A stretch of 64,000 bases of DNA, from positions 96,162,001 to 96,226,000 of the forward strand of contig NC_043006.1 in NCBI RefSeq assembly GCF_006345805.1, read 5' to 3'. Of this stretch, positions 25,230 to 38,952 are shown piece by piece. A program made the position numbers and the translations under genes. Positions within the stretch are counted from its first letter, which is position 1; every line of letters begins with the position of its first letter. This stretch comes from Octopus sinensis. Lineage: Eukaryota. A model generated the notes under the pieces. That model saw only the letters and a program-made list of their open reading frames with translations. It ran no database searches and was not told the origin of the DNA.

Positions 25230-25738
25230 CGACTTCTGATCATAACTGATTAGAAGTGTTATCGTGTGCAATGTTTTGTCTTGGTATAAAAGATGGGCTA
25301 CAGCAAATATTCTGCTCAATACCAAAGATTTGCTTGTCTGCTGCTTGACCTTAATCTGTTGAGCATGTCCTTTAGTGGCTCACGATATGTGCATCACTGA
25401 TCACGAGCAGAAGTAGTGGGGGAGCATCAAAGCCATGTATTGGGAGGAGATCTTTGGGGGTTGGATAATTCACCTCTGGAAACATGGGTGGTTCGTTCAA
25501 CATCATTTAAGCAGGATAGGTTACTCGGCCAGAAGAAAATTCTAACTGGGCCCCACCTGCAAGGCCATCCGCTATTTATCTTGATATGAGATCACCATGT
25601 TACGCACACTTGGTTATGATGCTTATGCCATTAAACCCATCATGACTACCTTATCAAACAGGTAATCATGATGGGTTTACTGGGCTTCGTATATTTTACC
25701 CCAGTGTCACTTTGATGGCATGCACTGCTCCCTCACTC
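25229..25738 (+). mobile_element. Element X, copy 2 (slightly 5'-truncated)
   Basis: Same body; ends GCTCCCTCACTC followed by (AAT)n. Confidence 0.9.
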
Positions 25739-25775
25739 ATTTATAATAATAATATTAATAATAATAATAATAATA

Positions 25776-25817
<42 letters not shown>

Positions 25818-25892
25818 TGATGATGATAATAATAATAATAATAATAATTATTATTATTATTATATTATTATTATTATAATAATGATAATAAA

Positions 25893-25961
<69 letters not shown>

Positions 25962-25964
<3 letters not shown>

Positions 25965-26450
25965 CCAATAAACCAGATATTGTTGTGAAAGACCAAAACA
26001 ATAAAGTTTGCTTATTGATCGACATGAGCATCCCCTGTGATCATAATATCTCAGCGAAAGAGTTTGACAAGCTCAGAAAATATAAAGACCCACTCATTGA
26101 AATTGAGAAAATGTGGCATCTCAAGGCGGTTACAATACCAGTGATCGTAGGAGCACTAGGAATGATCAAGAAGGGAACCGAAAATTATATGAGAATGATC
26201 CCTGGCTTACCATCCCTGCAAGAAGTGCAAAAAATTGTCTTAACTGGTACATCACACGTATTGAGAAGAGCATTGTCGATGTGAGAACTGTTGCTGCTCA
26301 TGTATTTTAATTTAACTTAAAAAAAAAAAATGAACGAACTACTGAGTTTGGTTTAATGGCCTACCAATGTATACTATGAGTTTCTTTGCCCTAGGAGTCG
26401 GGAAGACACTCGGCAAGAAATGGAAGCAAATTTGAAAGAAGAAAAAAAAA

Positions 26451-26452
<2 letters not shown>
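25962..26452 (+). mobile_element. R4/Dong-like family B, 3' fragment
   Basis: KPDIVVKDQNNKVCLLIDMSIP..KYKD..IPVIVGALGM...LRRALSM; 3' UTR ending GGAAGCAAATTTGAAAGAAG(A)n-(AAT)n. Confidence 0.9.
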
Positions 26453-26521
<69 letters not shown>

Positions 26522-26526
26522 AATAA

Positions 26527-27360
26527 CTAAAACCTAAACGCAAAAGAAATAGACAAAGAAAAATCCCAGTACTGGTTGAGAAGCTCAGGACTCAAAGCAG
26601 AGACAGAGGGATTTTTAATTGCAGCACAAGACCAAAGCATCCCCACCAGAAATTGCCAAAAACATGTAATGAAAAGAAATATAACAAGTAACTGCAGAAT
26701 AAGTGGAGATGGACAAGAAACAGTAAATCATATTATCTCTGGCTGCCCAGTCCTGGCTAAGAAGGAATATATTCACAAACACGACAGAGTTTAGACCTAC
26801 ATGCACTGGAAGCTATGCCAACATTATGGAATAACAACAGAAAAAAGATGGTATAGGCACATACCAGAAAAGGTCACAGAAAACGAAAAAGCAACCATAC
26901 TCTGGGATATGCCAATACACACAGATAGAGAAATTAAGGCCAACAGACCAGATATAGTTGTCAGAGATCACGAAGAAAAAAATGCTTTCTAATTGATGTA
27001 TCAATACCAGCAGATGACAACGTGCCTCTAAAAGAAATGGAGAAACTTTCAAAATACAAAGTTCTGGAAATAGAGGTAACTAGAATGTGGAATCTAAAAA
27101 CAGAAACAATGCCTACCATAGTAGGTGCATTAGGCATGACAAAAAAAATTCAGACAAATATATAACAAAAACACCAGGACTTACAAAAACATATAACATA
27201 CAGAAAATTGCACTACTAGGCACTGCACACATCCTACGCAGAACACTTTCCATACAATAACCATCAGAGCATCACAACAAATCACAGCACATACCTAATG
27301 CACACAGAGCTGCGCTCGGTAGTGAAGAGAAAGCACGCTATAAAAATAAAACTACTGAAT
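26527..27360 (+). mobile_element. R4/Dong-like family A, 3' fragment
   Basis: LRSSGLKAETEGFLIAAQDQ, CCHC knuckle, RPDIV; 3' end AAAACTACTGAAT. Confidence 0.93.
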
Positions 27361-27361
27361 G

Positions 27362-27392
<31 letters not shown>

Positions 27393-27418
27393 TAACAATA
27401 ATAATAATAATAATAATA

Positions 27419-27455
<37 letters not shown>

Positions 27456-27467
27456 TATAATAATAAC

Positions 27468-27569
<102 letters not shown>

Positions 27570-27577
27570 AAGAAGAA

Positions 27578-27862
27578 GAACCGAAAATTATATGAGAATG
27601 ATCCCTGGCTTACCATCCCTGCAAGAAGTGCAAAAGATTGTCTTAACTGGTACATCACACGTATTGAGAAGAGCATTGTCGATGTGAGAACTGTTGCTGC
27701 TCATGTATTTTAATTTAACTTTAAAAAAAAAAAAAAAAAATTAACGAACTACTGAGTTTGGTTTAATGGCCTACCAATATACACTATGAGTTTCTTTGCC
27801 CTAGGAGTCGGGAAGACACTCGGCAAGAAATGGAAGAAAATTTGAAAGAAGAAAAAAAAAAG
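27578..27862 (+). mobile_element. R4/Dong-like family B, second short 3' fragment
   Basis: Nearly identical to ~26175-26452; begins in a (GAA)n run. Confidence 0.9.
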
Positions 27863-27881
27863 TAATAATAATAATAATAAT

Positions 27882-30312
27882 GAAAGGATAAAAATCCTAA
27901 CTTCTGGCTGAATACCTTCCCAGAGAGGCATGAACTACTAACAGAACTGTACAATGATGTTTTGCAACACCCTAGTAGGATGCCTCCTTGGCTAGTTAAT
28001 GGGTTAACATTCCTGCTTCCAAAAAGTGAAGAAACAAATGAACCAAAAAACTATAGACCCATAACCTGCTTAACAACTATGTACAAAACGCTAACATCTG
28101 TCCTGACGGAATATACCTATAGCTTTTTAACAGACAACAGCATATTCCCTAATGAACAGAAAGGATGTAAACGTGGATCCTACGGCTGTAAAGACCAACT
28201 ACTCACCAATAAGATGATCTTAGAAGATTGTCACAAACGACACAAAAACTTATCAATAGCCTGGATAGACTATAAAAAGCCTTTTGATAGCCTACCACAT
28301 AGCTGGATTAGGAAATGCCTGGAAATGTATAAGATAGCACCTACTCTGCGAAACTTCTTGACTGTAAGTATGAGATCATGGAGAACCACACTAACTCTGA
28401 ACAGTGACAATGAATCCCTAAATGCTGGTGATGTAAAATTTCGTGTGGCATTTTCCAGGGTGACTCACTGTCACCGCTCCTCTTTTGTTTATCCTTAATA
28501 CCTCTCTCAAAGCTGCTCAATGATGCGCAGTATGGGTATAAAATGTTTGATAAAAATATAAATCATCTCATTTACATGGATGATTTAAAGCGTTTTGCAA
28601 AAAATGACCAACAACTCAAGGGCTTACTAGCGATAGTCAAACAATTCAGTGACGACATCAGAATGCAATTCGGCCTCGATAAATGTGCAAAAGCTACCTT
28701 TATCAAACTAAAAATGACAGAAACATCTAACGTTAACCTTGACCAGCAGAATGTCATAAAAGAACTAGACCCAGCGGAGAGCTACAAGTACGTAGGGGTA
28801 ATTGAAGGGAACGGAATAAGGCATTCAGAGATGAAGGAAAGGATCAGGAGAGAATGCTATCGAAGAGTGAGAGCAATACTCAAGACAGAGCTGAATGCGA
28901 GCAACAGGATCGAAGCGATCAATGCATTAGCTATACCAGTCGTGACTTACAGTTTCAATATTGTTAACTGGTCAGTTACTGAAATATGTCAGCTCGACAG
29001 AAAAATAAGGAAACTGTTGACAGATACAGAACGACTCTATCTGCCAAGAAGAGAGGGAGGCCGTGGTCTTTTACAACTGGCAATAACAATGAAGATTGCT
29101 ACAATTGGCCTAGATACCTACCTGAAAAACTCTGAGGACTGGATGTTAAAACTTGTCTCAAAACATGAAAACAAGAAAGCATCATACTCAGTAACAAAAC
29201 AGGCAAAGGAATATCTAAGTGAATTCCGAATACAACCAATTTCGGAATTAGAGATAGACATACAAGAAACAAGCACAGAAAAAGCTAAGCACATGAAATC
29301 CCGTGCCAAAACTGCGGCCTTAGATATTCTGAATAATAAATGGCAAGAAAAACCTCTCTATGGCAAATACCCAAAGAGAGCGAATAAAGCAGATATTGAC
29401 AAAGCTCTGACCCATCAATGGCTAATGACTTCTGGCTTAAAATCTGAAACAGAGGGGTTTATCATAGCAGCTCAAGATCAATGCCTACCAACAAGAAACT
29501 ACCAGGCCAACATATTAAAGAACGGCAGTAGCCCAACATGTCGTGTATGCCGACAACAAAATGAAACCATTGATCATGTTGTCTCCAAATGCAGTCTTCT
29601 AGCGCCTACAGAGTACCTCAACAGGCATGATAGAGCTGCACAATATATTCACTGGGCAATTTGAAAAAACCTGGATTTGCCCCATGAAAAAAACTGGTGG
29701 GAACACAACCCACCTCCAGTGCTTGAAAATGACCACATCTCACTCCTCTGGAACTTCACCATTCAAACTGACAGGAAGATAGATGCAAATAGGCCAGACA
29801 TCATATTGAAAGACTTCAGACAAAGAACATGCCTCCTCATTGATATGACTGTTTCAATCGATATAAACGTATCTGTTAAGACCTACCAAAAACTGAGCAA
29901 ATATAAAGATCTTGAAATAGAAATCAGTAAAATGTGGAAGCTGAAGACTAAAACAATACCTGTTGTCATAGGTGCCCTGGGAATGATAGCGAAAGGGACT
30001 AAATGCTACCTAACTCAGATACCAGGAAACCCCAAAATGGCAGAAATTCAAAAGATAGTACTCATATCCTACGCAAAATACTCTCTATGTAATCCCAAGG
30101 TTTAAAACAAACTTTTTTAAAATTTATTTATTTATTTATTTTATTTTATTATTTTTTTTTTATTTTATTTTTATGTATTAGACATTCACTAGTACAACAC
30201 AAGCCCCCCCCAAAAAATATATGGCACAGAACTTCCAATCTGTTGTCTCTTGAGGTCTCTGGGTGAGACTTGGAGCCAACTTGTACAGACATAAAGCAAA
30301 AGTCAAACATAG
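27882..30312 (+). mobile_element. R4/Dong-like family C, 5'-truncated RT-REL pseudogene
   Basis: NYRPITCL, EQKGCKRGSYGCKDQL, AWIDYKKPFDS, YMDDLK, CRVCRQQNETIDHVVSKC, RPDII..LLIDMTV..KYKDL; (AAT)n both sides. Confidence 0.95.
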
Positions 30313-30329
30313 AATAATAATAATAATAA

Positions 30330-30511
30330 CATCGAAAAATACCTTAGGAATGCGAACCCAGGTTCGAAATTTCCCCAAGACACCTGATGAAGGCTGGATG
30401 GTATATCGGCCGAAACGTTGTGTTAACAACAAACAAGAAGAGGAAAATAACCGTCAAATGTAAATAATATAAATAATGTAGATAATTCCTTGTCTCTTAA
30501 ATATAGTACTG
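30330..30511 (+). mobile_element. PLE-like terminal repeat with hammerhead
   Basis: Same family as 2953-3137 and 3424-3552. Confidence 0.85.
30379..30424 (+). ncRNA. Intact minimal type I hammerhead, canonical C3:G8
   Basis: GACAC-CUGAUGA-A-GGCUG-gaugguauau-CGGCC-GAAAC-GUU^GUGUU; stems I and II pair; palindromic ACGU stem III. Confidence 0.85.
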
Positions 30512-31448
30512 AATCAAATCACTGTAGATTCGTCATAAGTATAAATGAAGACATCGTATCCACAGCAAACTCGTTTATACAACACACCATACCTAAGATT
30601 ACGTTATAAAATATCCTTCAGTAATTTTCTATCTAAAACGCAACATATGCATTGAGGAAATTGACTGCCATTTCTAACAGTTTGATGAAACATAGAATTC
30701 ACTCGCTGGATGTTATATCTCGTGTATTCTTTTATTCTTTTCCTTGTTTCTGTCAGTTGAGTGGCCATACTGGAGTACCACATTTAGTCGAACAAATCGA
30801 CCCCAGGACTTATTCTTTGTAAGCCTAGTACTTATTCTATCTTTCTCTTCTCCCGCACCGTTACGTTACAGAGAGGTAAACATTCCAACATCGGTTGTCA
30901 AGCGATGGTGGGGGACAAAGACAGGCACTCACACAAATAAATACACACACATATATATGTGTGTGTGTAGTGTGTGTGTGTATGTATATATATATATATA
31001 TGTACATATATACAACGGGATTCTTTCAGTTTCCGTCTACCAAATCCACTCACAAGACTTTGGTCAGGCCAAGGCTATAGTAGAAGATACTTACTCAAAG
31101 TACGACGCAGAACCATGAAACATGTGGTTGGGAAACGAGCTTCTTATCACACAGCCACTTCTGCACATATATTCGCTGCTGTAGTGTAGCTGTATTTTTT
31201 CCTTTTTTTTTGCTGTGGCTGTTGTTGTTGAAATTGAATTGGTTATTATTTTCGAGTGATTCGACCGACCACAAAGGGTTTTCGACATTGGCTCATTTAA
31301 ATATATATAGTTTATTTATGCGTACATAATGACAAGAGCAGGGTTGAACCCGGTGGGATTTCAGCGCAGAAATTCACAGGCAGATAGATATAGTAAGAGA
31401 GAGAGAAGGAGAGAAAGAGATAGATAGATAGAGAGAGATAGATAGAGA

Positions 31449-31494
<46 letters not shown>

Positions 31495-32443
31495 CCTTAA
31501 ATATAGAGATATATATTGAGGTGAGTGCTCTATTTTCTCTGCAACCACAGCATGTACCGCCCCTATTAGGGATTGCTTCAACCTTCCACAACTATTTATA
31601 TAGTCAGTAAAAACAGAAAATAACATCCCTTCGCTTTGATTCCCTTCTAATTATCTTTCCTGGGAAAAAGTCCAAAACAGATCCGTTCTGACATTCTGAA
31701 GCAATCGCAACGAACACTGTTTTTAGAGAATTGAGGTAGAGAGCTTTAATTAAGCCAGTCTAATTCATTTAAGAATCAGCATATTGTATGTTCAGCACTT
31801 CCTTCGTGTTCTTAGGGCAATGTATGAAAGACGGCCTAAAGGTTTTGTTCAGCTGGCTTTGTTCTCATTTGCTGCTCATATATGTATATACTTATACACA
31901 TATACATGGATGTATGTACATATACTGCGGTCAGTAATTACTCTGGTTAAACAGTTGGTGACCTTCATGCAGGAAACTATCAGCGATAGATCTGTCAGTA
32001 GATAAAAGGATAAAAATATATAAAGATATTAAGATAGCCACTATCCATTCCTGGAAAAGGAAAAAAACTGAAGAACAAAACACACAAAAAAATAAGCGAA
32101 ACACACGCGCGCGACTGAGTTGAAGGCAGATTTATTTCTGCCATTATAGCACGTTAAGAAAACGGTGTTGTAGGAGTGTACACAACATGTGTACTACAGC
32201 ATTACTATACGTAGCTTAAGTACTGAGATTGAAAAGCAGGAGCGAATTATGCCTACCTAATGTACAAAATAATAAACTATTTGGCATTTTATGCATAGTA
32301 ATGAGAGTAACCTTCATAATTTTGATGACTTAAGGTGCATATTTTGACACAAAAGGGAAATGTTGCTATTGATCTATTTTATGTCTAGGTAGGCACTGCC
32401 TACATTGCCTAGCTGGGCGGAATGACCTTGATATATATATACA

Positions 32444-32511
<68 letters not shown>

Positions 32512-33317
32512 TTGAAAATATCTGGAAAAAAATAAAGTGAAAGAGAAATGACTTCGTTTCATATAGTTTAATATCTTTTTATAAATATATACATATTATA
32601 TGGATGTTGTGAAATCCAACCGGTTATGTGGGCCAAACGAGCCTTACTTTGAGACGCAGAGTCACGTTTCATAAAGAACAGATTCGTTTTCCTTAATACA
32701 GACAGATAGCAGACAGATAGCCGACATATCGTCAGATGCGCAAGTAATAAAACGCCGAAATTTCATATCTTTCCGTTATGCCAATGCAAGGATTCAAACT
32801 CAGTACAAGAATGCATAAACAAGGAAAACCTGTTCATACAAAAGTACAGACCACACCTCAATATACAAATCTGACCATTTTAAAAATTATACTTAAGGAG
32901 CCAGTTGTCCCCCTCGCCACCTGTTGCTTCCCTTGGTTCACTCTCTAGACTCATTCTTATTTTTCAAACATACAAAATGACGAGACCCGTCTGCCACGAG
33001 AATTGATTACTGTACAATTCCCCTTGAAAAGCTAACTTAAATGGTTTTCACAACATCCATATAATATGTAGATATTTATAAAAAGATATTAAACTATATG
33101 AAACGAAGGCATTTCTCTTCCAGTTTTTTATTTTTTTTCCACGTATTTTCAACTCATAATTTTGCAACGTGGTGTATACCAAATCTTCAGTATACACCAT
33201 GGTAGAAGATGTCAAATGAATCTAAGTTATCACATAGACACTGGCTGAAACCGAGGGAGATTAATAAAACAGGTTTTTTTAAGGTTTAGCCATAACTCAA
33301 TTGATTTCCAGTTCAGA

Positions 33318-33824
33318 GATATAAGTTCCTTTACCGTCATCAGTTTGGAATAAGACAAAATACATAATTATAAACATTTATACATACCATACGAACACAA
33401 ACGTATCCCCAGTACATCTGCAAATGTTCATATTTATATACGCAATTTAAATTTTGATCGTTCACTTCAGCCACGTGTGAATAACCTAAATAATTCAACA
33501 GCGAATGAATTGATTTCAGTGAATTCATATTTATTATTATAATCAAGGATAAAATGTACATGCTAGCTAATGGATAAAATCCTATATAGATTTTATCCTT
33601 GATTATACTAATATGAATTGACTTAAATGAATTCATTCGCTGCTGAATTATTTTGGCCATTCACACGTGGCTGGGGTGAATGATCTAGATTTAAGCCGTG
33701 TATATAAATATGAACATTTGTGGAAGCATTAGGGATACGTTTGTGTTCGTATGGTATGTATAAATGTTTATAATTATGTACTTTGTCTTGTGCCATACTG
33801 ATGACGATAAAAGGAAGTTATATC
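33318..33824. repeat. Older ~510-bp fold-back palindrome
   Basis: 33318-33555 is the diverged reverse complement of 33590-33824; CTGATGA box near both outer ends. Confidence 0.9.
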
Positions 33825-34153
33825 CGGATTCGGTCCGGAATGGTTTTAATCTACTCACGGAGTCGCCCTGATTCTAAAATGGTATGATAAGTCGGGCTAT
33901 GGCATCTAGGATTAAAGTTCAAACTGTGTGACACACTGACACATTGACATTCATTTTATTATATTAGAGAAGTCATTGAATAGTGAGAGGGGGAAAGCAT
34001 GAGAAAAAGTAGAAATCATTGACAGTGAGAGAGGGGTCGGAGCGGTAAAGTTGAAAAAGTGTGCCACGCTGACACACGGACATGCATTTTCGCATTTATA
34101 TATATATGTATGTATGTTTTATGTATGTATGTATGTATGTATGTATGTATGTA

Positions 34154-34241
<88 letters not shown>

Positions 34242-35069
34242 GATTTTTCGTCAACAACGGTAAAGTAATAGGTATGTACAATGACTTCTCAGTTAGATTT
34301 ACCACTGAAACTCCGGTTTGAAAGTGTGATGTTGAAACCGCTGACGAGAGGTGGTTGTATGTATTGTTTTTTTTTATTCCTTGAACAGGTAGATGTAGAT
34401 TAAAGCAAAAAGGTAAAGGCAAAACGTTTGGCAACGCTTGGAAAGCACATTTAATGTATATAGAGAATATAAGCATATAGAGTCTTTTACAGCTGTTTCT
34501 AGAATGGACAAGTATGTGAATCATCATATTGAGTAAGGATTCCATAGTCTGAGTATACCATCATCAGAGAGGGAAGAATCAGAGATGTAAAAATGATCGA
34601 TGATAATCTATGGCAAGGAATTTTGGAAGTTACCAGTTACAATTTTGAAGAGAGAATATTGTTTATTCAGAATTGGAACTGATAATTTCCATATACAAGA
34701 CATATACGCACAGGGAAAATGCAGGGTGGAAGATAGAATACAGAAAAATTATGTGTAAAAAAATATATATAAGCAATAAACCTATAAACCAATATCTCTA
34801 TAAATATGGAAAAAATATATGTATAAAAATATATAAATATATATAAAAATATATAAGAAATATAAGTAAAAAGTGTAGAGATAAAAAGCCATTACGTAGA
34901 CACAGTATAGAAAGCAAGTTCTATCTGTAGTCTGAGGGGGACCAAAAACGTAACAAATATTTAGCCACGTGTGGACATGACCCGAAAAGTTATGTCCTCG
35001 AATTCAGACATGTAGCATGGTTTAAGCCTCGTTTCCAGATGAGCCATCTTTCCATATCACAAAAGACCG

Positions 35070-35345
35070 CACTTTACACTTGGCTAAAAGCTTCCATTGG
35101 ATGTTGTAACTAACACCTTTATCTTTTAATGAACATATATGACTGGATCATTTGGTCGTTTTCCTTTCATTCCAGTGCCTGAAGCTCAAGGTGTGATTAT
35201 TGAACCTGGCCTTGAAATTAGCCTCTGTAAGGCCCACGTATATCTTCGTCAAAACAGTGTCCTTGGTGGATATAGAGTCCACGGTGGCTTCATAAATGAT
35301 GGTCTTGGACATGCAAGCTCCATTTTGCGGGTACTATTTTTATCT
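35070..35345 (-). pseudogene. PLE GIY-YIG endonuclease remnant
   Basis: PQNGACMSKTIIYEATV...KIYVGLTEANFKARFNNHTLSFRH...SSHICSLKDKGVSYNIQWKLLAKC. Confidence 0.88.
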
Positions 35346-35563
35346 CTGCTTAGACAGCTGGTTTCGTATTGTGGTTTCGTGTGTTGTGTGCAATTATATT
35401 TTAAAAATTGGTTGTTGAGATGAGAATGATTTTTAAGTTTTGTCTATTGAAGAGCTTTCTGTACATATGATTGACTGGAAAATGTCTATCAGTGCAAAGA
35501 AATACTTGCCTATATTGAAGGTCACTGCCAGTGCGTAGGGGTGTGTGAACCACATGGTTTTCC

Positions 35564-35637
<74 letters not shown>

Positions 35638-35724
35638 GTTGGAATTTGCAAAACAAACAAAAAAAACAAAAGAGGAAGACTGCTGTGTAAACAACAAACT
35701 TTAACACTCGGGAAGTGAGAATGT

Positions 35725-35760
35725 CTTTTACGTTTCATGCCTACGCTCTTCAGCAGAAAG
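35725..35760 (-). ncRNA. Hammerhead motif with C at position 6, in a PLE-like tail (~35640-35830)
   Basis: CUUU-CUGCUGA-A-GAGC-guag-GCAU-GAAAC-GUA-AAAG; stem II partly broken. Confidence 0.65.
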
Positions 35761-35867
35761 GGACACAAAAGTAAACAGGGAGATAAAATAGAAAAAGGTC
35801 TAGTTGCTAGCGATCTATCATGGCGAAAGAAAGAAAAAAAATATATATGTGTGTATGTATGTATATT

Positions 35868-35978
<111 letters not shown>

Positions 35979-35979
35979 T

Positions 35980-36014
<35 letters not shown>

Positions 36015-36983
36015 TAGATAGATAGATAGATATGCGAATGTGCATGCAGGCATATATATATATATATATATATACTTATGCGTGTTAAAATGCATATGAA
36101 TATATATAAACCTGTGTGTATGTATGTGTGCGCGTGTGTGTGGGGGAGGTGTAAGAGGATACACATATTTGGAGTGGCGAGACACTGAAAGATGTGCTTG
36201 TGGATAGAGATAGAGAGATGGAGGGTGAAGGCATCTGCTGTGAAGACGATGCGATTCCTCGTGTCGTGATCAATTACATTAATCTTAATCATTGCTTCAG
36301 AAAACAAGTATAAGGCCTTGCCATTTAAAACACCAATGCAACAAATAGACACACGCGCACACACACACGTACATACACATACACACGCATACATACATAC
36401 ACACACGCACACACATACACACATACAGGCATATACACAAACACATACAAAAACACGCACATACACGCACACATAGAAACACACGCACGCACACATAAAC
36501 ATGCACACATGCACACGCTCACACACACACATGCATACACACAATCTCACAATATATACACACACAAGCACATACATACACACACACACATATACACATG
36601 CACATATACACTCTCACACACGCACACACACACATAATACTCAGATTTTATTCTTCTATTTTACATTTTTAATTCATCGTTTGTTATCTCCTGCCTGTCT
36701 CCGTCCTTAGACTGCGGCCATGCTGTGACACCATCTCCAAGAATTTATAGGCGAATTAATCGAATCCTGCAATTATTTTTCAAGCCTAGTATTTATTTTA
36801 TTAGTCGAAATGCAGAACTGCTAAGCTGCCGGGACATAAACATGCCAGCACCGTCTGTCATGCGATACTGAGTGTCAGACACATACCGAAAATCACACTG
36901 AAGTACACACACATGCGCAAACATACATACATACATATATACATACATATATATATATATATACATACATATATATATATATA

Positions 36984-37270
36984 TCTTATTATAAAAGGCA
37001 GATTCTATCTGCCTCCCTTTGGGAGCTATAGAAATCTACAATATAGGATTTCTTCAATTACAATTTACCTAGCATTTTTAAGAGTACAATGCATCGCGTC
37101 ATGCCAGGTCCAGTTTTTAAAATTTAAACTCCAATTAAGCAAAATTTACAGAAAACTCACATTCTGGTGTGTGTGTCAAATGCTTTTCTTAGTCTGGTTT
37201 ACACCACACGCAAACGCACACACACAGTGGGCAACGAATAAAATGAAAGTAATTCACTTACTGTAGTGAG
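36984..37270 (+). mobile_element. Possible 5' part of a non-autonomous Helitron
   Basis: A|TCTTATTATAAAAGG start; no 3' hairpin or CTAG found. Confidence 0.35.
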
Positions 37271-37493
37271 TGATTCTTTCACACTGCCTCCCACTTCCTC
37301 TTTCCACACATGGACACGCAAATATATAAATAAAATTGTAAGCTAACGTGCGTGTGTGTGAGTGTGTGTGTGTGTGTGCGCCCGTGTGTGTGAGGGTGTG
37401 TGAGTGTGTGTGTGTGTGTGTGCGTGTGCGTGAGTGTGTGACAGGAAAGTTTTTTACGACGAATATAAGACCTATATCCAAGTAGCAGAAAGA

Positions 37494-37760
37494 TAAGACA
37501 GTAAGGTGTGATTTGAGGGAGATTTGGCTGCTATTTTTACCATGTCTAGCTGCCATGTAGGGGTCTCCCTCATAGGCTCATACATACATATATACATAGA
37601 TAAGACAGTAAGGTGTGATTTGGGGGAAATTTGGCTGCTATTTCTACCAGGTCTAGCTACCATGTAGAGGTCCCCCTCATTGGCTCATATATATATACAT
37701 ACATAAGACAGTAAGGTGTGATTTGAGGGAGATTTGGCTGCTGTCTCTACCAGGTCTGTT
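37494..37760. repeat. Tandem triplication of a ~105-bp unit
   Basis: ATAAGACAGTAAGGTGTGATTTG(A/G)GGGA.ATTTGGCTGCT occurs three times. Confidence 0.92.
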
Positions 37761-38120
37761 AGGCCTTCTCATGTAAACTCAAGCTTTCTCATGCCTTGAA
37801 CATAAGACCAAAGCAGAGAATGTATTCTTTTATTCTTCTGCTTTTTCCAGCCATTGGTCTGTGGCCATGCTGGGGCAATGCCTTGAAGAATTGTAGTTTA
37901 ATGAATCAACTCCAGTTTTATTTTTGTAAGCATTGTACTTATTCTATCTGTTTCCTTTGTCAAACCACTAGGTGACAGGGATGTAAACAAACCAACATTC
38001 GTTGTCAAGCAGTGGTGGAGGACAATCACAAGCACAGACACGCACACACACACACATACATGCATACACATATACACACATACATACATACATATATATA
38101 TATGTGTGTGTATATATATA

Positions 38121-38380
38121 TTGCAGCGTGGAAGGTGTTTGTAAGCCATTTAAGAAACACACAAAAACCGTTACATTCACTTCAACATTTAAATTTAATT
38201 TGCCAAAATATTTTCGTCGCTTTGAGACCGCGACCTGTTCACTGACAAAAATATCGTGCTAACAGGTCGCGGTCTCAAAGCGACGAAAATATTTTGACAA
38301 ATTAAATTTAAATGTTGAAGTGAATCTAACGGTTTTTGTGTGTTTCTTAAATGGCTTATAAACACCTTCAACGCTGCAAC
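38121..38380. repeat. Near-perfect palindrome, ~120-bp arms, ~20-nt spacer
   Basis: TTGCAGCGT..GCGACCTGTT / AACAGGTCGC..ACGCTGCAA with few mismatches. Confidence 0.95.
38202..38246 (-). ncRNA. Hammerhead-topology motif, G3:C8 variant
   Basis: GUCA-GUGAACA-G-GUCGC-ggucucaaa-GCGAC-GAAAAUA-UUU^UGGC; palindromic AAUAUU stem III. Confidence 0.65.
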
Positions 38381-38557
38381 TGTTTTCGTTCCAGCACACG
38401 ATCTCAGATCAAGTCACTTGCTATGCAAGTACATCTCTGTAACTATATATATATTTATATATATATATTTATATATATATATATATATGTATATTGCTAA
38501 AAACAGTAAGATAACAAAAGAAAGAAAGAGACCTCAATATTATGTAAATAGAGGAAA

Positions 38558-38952
38558 TCTTTATATATAAAAGTGAGGTTGTGTGTCTGTCTCCTACGAT
38601 TTAGATTCCTAACTACTCCCACATTTTGCGGTGCAGTTTACCCAAAACCGGGTATCTTATAGTCGTGATTCATATCGAGACCGTCTGGGTATTAGCGCGC
38701 GTCTACGATGAGTCTACGATTTAAAAAAAAAATTACCATCAATTTTTCCCATTTTTAATCCATTTTTGACATATATAAGGGAAGTAACTCTCTAAAATTT
38801 ATTATTAAATCTCAGAACGTAAAAAGCTACAGTAACACCCCTCCCCCTTTGTGGTTAGCCATATTGAGATGGCTATTATACTTTACATCTCTAAAAATGC
38901 TTATATAATTATTTCCCTTACAAACCCGAGCAACGCAGGGCGATACTGCTAG
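38558..38952 (+). mobile_element. Complete non-autonomous Helitron, 395 bp
   Basis: 5' A|TC, subterminal hairpin CCCGAGCAACGCAGGG, 3' CTAG|T, no TSD. Confidence 0.85.

Noticed and set aside
34895-34960. Hammerhead remnants at ~34925 and ~63920
   Set aside because: Only partial boxes survive; not counted as motifs.
37494-37760. CRISPR-like array
   Set aside because: Three ~105-bp units without unique spacers, no cas genes, eukaryotic context.
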